Origin: the human T2T-CHM13v2.0 reference genome, Homo sapiens
Length of the DNA stretch: 64,000 nt
Reading direction: 5' to 3' (one strand)
NCBI RefSeq assembly: GCF_009914755.1
Contig: NC_060930.1
The translations under genes and the position numbers were made by a program. This document shows, piece after piece, positions 59,083 to 64,000 of the stretch (the stretch's first letter is position 1; every line of letters begins with the position of its first letter). The notes under the pieces were generated by a model. That model saw only the letters and a program-made list of their open reading frames with translations. It did not search any database and was not told the origin of the DNA.

Positions 59083-62000
59083 GACTGTTTTGGTTACACC
59101 TTTTTTCTCTTTCATACTCAGTTTTACTGTGTTTCATAAGTATCTTTTAATAAACAGAGGGCAGTACTTAGGCTTATGAAATAAGATGAACTGTGGCAAT
59201 CCTTTTAAAACAGTAATCAAATGAAATTCAAAATAATATGTTAGAGGGAAATAAACAAAATATAAGATTTTTTGAAAGCCATATTGTTTAAAACCTGTGG
59301 GAGTGATTATAAATCTTAATAGAATGAATAAAGGTGATTGGCACTGGACAAAAGCATGTCTAGAAAGAGTTTATTGTTGCATTTAGCAGCATTCTGACAG
59401 GAAAGGGCTTACACAGAGTGCAGTAGTAAGAAAGCAAAAGACGTGTTTAAAGAGCTACAGGCAAATATTCTTGTTTATTACAGGTGATCGGAGGATAGTA
59501 TTGAGAACCAAGAGATCAGAAATAGTGTTAAGTCATGGGGAACCTTGAATTTCAGGTTTAGATGTTTGGTTTTTGGTGGACACCTGATTTCTTTTGATGG
59601 TTTTGTTGTTTTTGAAATAGAGATGGACATGATGTGAACTTTTTATTACACAATTATTGATCTTGGTAGTGGTGGGGAAGGAGTTTTTAAAAAGGAGGAT
59701 TGGAAGGGAAGTAGAAAAAGTTAGGTGAGAAAATCGAAGGCCAGAATATAAATAGAGAATGAAAATGGAGAACAGGGGAGCACAAGAAAGCCTTTTACAG
59801 TTAGAAGTAGTGAGGATTCAGTTCCTGGGAGGACAGAGCTGCCTTTCATTGCAATGGAAATACGTGGAGAGAAAAGCTTTGGAGGGCATCAGTGGGAAAG
59901 GAGGTTGTCTTGTCCACTGGTGTCCCACACTGCAGAAGTGGTGCATGGAACAGAGGTCAGGAGTTGAGATCCCGATTTGGAAGTTATTTACACAGAGGAT
60001 GAATCTGCAATCATGAAGTCTGATGAAATTCCAATAGGAAAACCATAGGGGGTGGGGTGGGAGAGAAAAGAGATCTCTGAGCTGAACTATAGACAGCAGC
60101 AAAATTTAGGGAAAAAGGAGAAAAAAGTAATCAGAGAAGAAGGTGTTATAGACTACTTAATGATGTAAGAAGAAAAACCAAGAGAATATTTCTTGGAATC
60201 TGAGAAAAGAAAATTTCAAGAGAATGTAATCAGGGATCCTTTGGGAGCCCCTGTAGTAAGAAGTAAGAAAAAAATGTGAGATGGAAGTTTCCATGGGGGA
60301 TGTGAACCATCCCTTCAAGAGGTTTGGAACTGGGGTGGCCATATAATTTTGTAAATGTGAAAGAACAAACAGTAAAATTACATTAGTCAAAGTTTTGCTT
60401 GTTACTCAAAGCAACTTTTTATGATCTCTTTTTTCCCCTTCTGCATGATAGCAGTGCCTCTCTGTGTGCAGGTCTATGTGCAGGTCTTCCATGCAGCAGG
60501 CAGCTCAGACTTCTCTCAAGGATAAAGGCTTTATGTGGGATAAATTTGTAATTTTGATTCAAACTCCAGTGGAAGACAGTGATTGTTGCTATTTTTCTTC
60601 CTTAGGGAGAAGTAGACAATCAGGGCATGCTAACATGGAACTTTCAGTTCTCTCTGAAATACTGTTATGTGTGCAGTAACCTTTTTCTAAGATTGATTTT
60701 TGTTTAGTAATTCAGAAAGGGCAAATTCCCTGGTCACAATTAGTTTCATCATACATACAGATAACACCATAATTTTGGAGTACTTAAAGGTTTGCTTGTT
60801 TGTGGTTTGCTCTCTGGGGTTGTGTCTGGGGTTGAAAATAAATAACCACAGCCCTTGGTTCAAATAGCTTATCTGTTACATGGTAGCAGCTACAAAACAT
60901 GCTACTGATAATCAAATATAGCAATTCTACTAAAATAAATGTAACATCCACCATATGTATATTGAGGCATGTTCTAAGGAACTGTGTACTATGTTAGCAT
61001 TATATGTATTTATATGTAGACACATACATAGATATATTTGTACATAGATAACACACACATGCATATTTATTACCTTCTTTTATGACACCCTCCTTAGAGG
61101 GGTGGTATTATTGTCACTATGCAGATGAGCAAACTGAGTTTGTGAGAGATCTTATAAGTACTCGATCTCAGATGGATATAAGAACTGAAGTGAGAAATGG
61201 CCCTGGGGCAATCTGTTTTCGAACCTGATATTCTTTTTCTCTGCATCATGCTGTACTACCTAGGATATGGAGGTGTTGTTACTGCCAAAGGACTTTGATA
61301 TTGAGGTGTGCAAGTGAGAGAGCTAAAGTGTGGATGGTTTTGCCTCAGCTGGGCAGACTGGCACCAGGTCTGCGTCTACCAGGGCAGTGTCCCTTCCACC
61401 ACTAGGTGCTTCAACAGGGGCAGTTTTTTCTCTTTTGGAATAAATTTCACAGGTACTCCATCTAATTTTTACCTTTAAAACTTCTTGCCATTAGCATCCT
61501 TTAAAATAATATGCTGGTATTTTATTATACTGTTATGTGTCTTCAAGCATTTCATGTAATCTGGTATTCTTTGTAAGTTTAGAACTGTGGATTACCAGAT
61601 AAAGCCTGCCATTAAGGGTGAACAAAGAGTTTCCACCTATTGGAAGCAGTCAAATAGCATCACAGTTTAAGGATAATTTTGTACTGTCTTTTGGAAGTTG
61701 TAATGGAAACAAAATAGAATGTGGTTCAGTTTTAATCATATATGAACTGTTTTAATGAGTGCTGCACTGGGACTCAAGCTATGAAACCAAAACAAACCAG
61801 AAAAATGGCAATGGCACGCATGTTTGGGGGAACTTTATCTTTTTCCAGTAGTTCCTCCTTGTGAGGAGAGCTCAAGGCTTGCTTTACTCTCGGAGGGACT
61901 CAAGTGATTGGTTATTTGTGGAAAGCAAAATTGGGAATTCTCAACCTGATTCTCCCCTCTTTTGTGGGGCAGCTGCCTACCCAAGGGAGGAGGCATTATG

Positions 62001-62261
62001 CATTCTAGTGCATTTCTACAGGTTTGTTCCCCAAAGTGGGTTCATGGGTCTGTAAATGTTGGTTGCAGTCAAGTTATGTCAGTAAGCCTGGTTCTCAGGT
62101 TCAGTTGCTAAGTCCAGCTCTATTTGGAATAACAATAATATTTTAACCTTTATATTTACTTTTAGATTTTATTTCTCAGTCTATACTGATCTTGATAGGG
62201 AAGAGTGGGCTAACACAGGGGACTCATAGATATATATGAAATAGATATTATCAGTGAATAA

Positions 62262-62676
<415 letters not shown>

Positions 62677-64000
62677 TATGCCTTGTATCTTTGATAGTGT
62701 ATTGAAATTAAGGAGACTAAATCTTTGAATTTAATGATATTACAGTTGTTTCTTAAACTATGTTTCGAATATCTAATTTTCTTTGGCTGTAGTTCAATGA
62801 TTTCTTTTTTATTGAAGGCTCTAAATAAGAGTTTTATTATGTTAAATATTGTATATTTAATTATATTTATTACATATAATTTATTCTTTAAATTTGAGCA
62901 ATATAGATCATATATTTTGTGCTTAAATAATAGTAGTTAATCGATATATTATTAAATTCGTTTTAGCTATAGAACTCTTAATATGTCTAAATTTATTTTC
63001 TTTGATATCATTTTAATACTCAGCACAAATTGTACTGAGGTAATTGCTATTGCATAAATAGTTGTAGTTAACATCATTTGATTTATAATTTTATAATCCT
63101 GTAATCTAAAAGAAGTATAATTCTTAATTTCATCTGATATGTAACTGAAACATTTTAATTAAAAATAGTAATGCCTATATGTCTTCTAGTCATTCATTTA
63201 CCACCATCAAGCCCCTCATCTGCCCCACAAACATACTTGGAAACAACCAAAATGTAAATTGACTTTTCTTTCAATAGCTAACTCATTATTCCAAAAAATT
63301 ATCAAATTTCCTTACCTACACAAACACACTCCACATTTTATTGGATGTGATTATGCTGTATTAATTCTCTAAATTAATGTAAGAATTCTTCAATCTTTAT
63401 ACTCTTAAAACTTCACATCCAGGATAGTTATTAATTTTTAACCTGTCTCTCACAGTAGTTGTACAAATCTCAGGTGTTAACTTAAATATTTATATACATT
63501 AATAGTCATCTTTATGTTTTTGAGTCAGGGATCCTACAGAGAATCTGATGTTAGCTATGCACAAGAATTCATAATCACTTATCACGGGTCAATAAACTGC
63601 TTAGAGCAGTTGCAAGAACAAGCCAGGTGGAGAATCCCTTCTCTACTGTCAAATATCCACTGGGGCGTAACAAAAATATGAATGCTTCCAGAAAAGCTGG
63701 AGACCAGCAAATAGTAGAAATTGGCATGAAGCACTGAAATTAAAGATTTGATTTAGGAACTATCAAACATGCTTCCATCAGGGCTAATATCAGAGCTTTC
63801 TGGAAACCACACTAAAATTTGAACCCTCCTTCCCCTCCCAGATGTCAAGAATGAGTACTGATGCAAACTTTGGCCATTTCTTTTTCATTACTTCTGCTTT
63901 GCTTGAGTATCTGGATTTGACATTGTATGTTGTTACTAATATTGTCTTATTTTAAAAAGCATGATCCTTTTGTGGTGTCAAAGCTAGGTTCATGCAGTGC

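Noticed and set aside
61397-61410. CTCF-like CCACTAGGTGCT
   Set aside because: Mismatched at the conserved 3' GGC; not supportable without ChIP data.

Overview
This is primate (almost certainly human) genomic DNA, not a microbial accessory region. Bases ~1-25,600 are repeat-rich intergenic sequence (L1, Alu, MaLR/ERV LTRs, L2, MIR, CR1). A CpG-island promoter at ~25.6-26.6 kb starts the + strand gene ADGRG6 (GPR126, an adhesion GPCR; chr6q24 from memory), recognised from its N-terminus [34 protein letters not shown]. The window holds exon 1 (ends 26532), intron 1 (7.2 kb), exon 2 (33745-33845) and the first ~30 kb of intron 2. I recognise no other protein-coding gene, RNA gene or CRISPR array. 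The best candidate for an undescribed mechanism is at the exon 1/2 junction. The start codon is split by intron 1 (AT|G), and a chain of overlapping uORFs (uORF2 TAATG uORF3, then T|GA overlapping both Met1 and Met2) is only completed by splicing. Structural oddities include a ~900-bp TA array bracketed by a perfect 18-bp inverted repeat, two clusters of nested perfect hairpins, three 5'-inverted (twin-primed) L1s, an old ~200-bp duplication of an LTR/L1 junction, and a Tigger3 nested inside an oppositely oriented Tigger3. Repeat subfamily calls are by eye from remembered consensus sequences and need RepeatMasker/Dfam confirmation.
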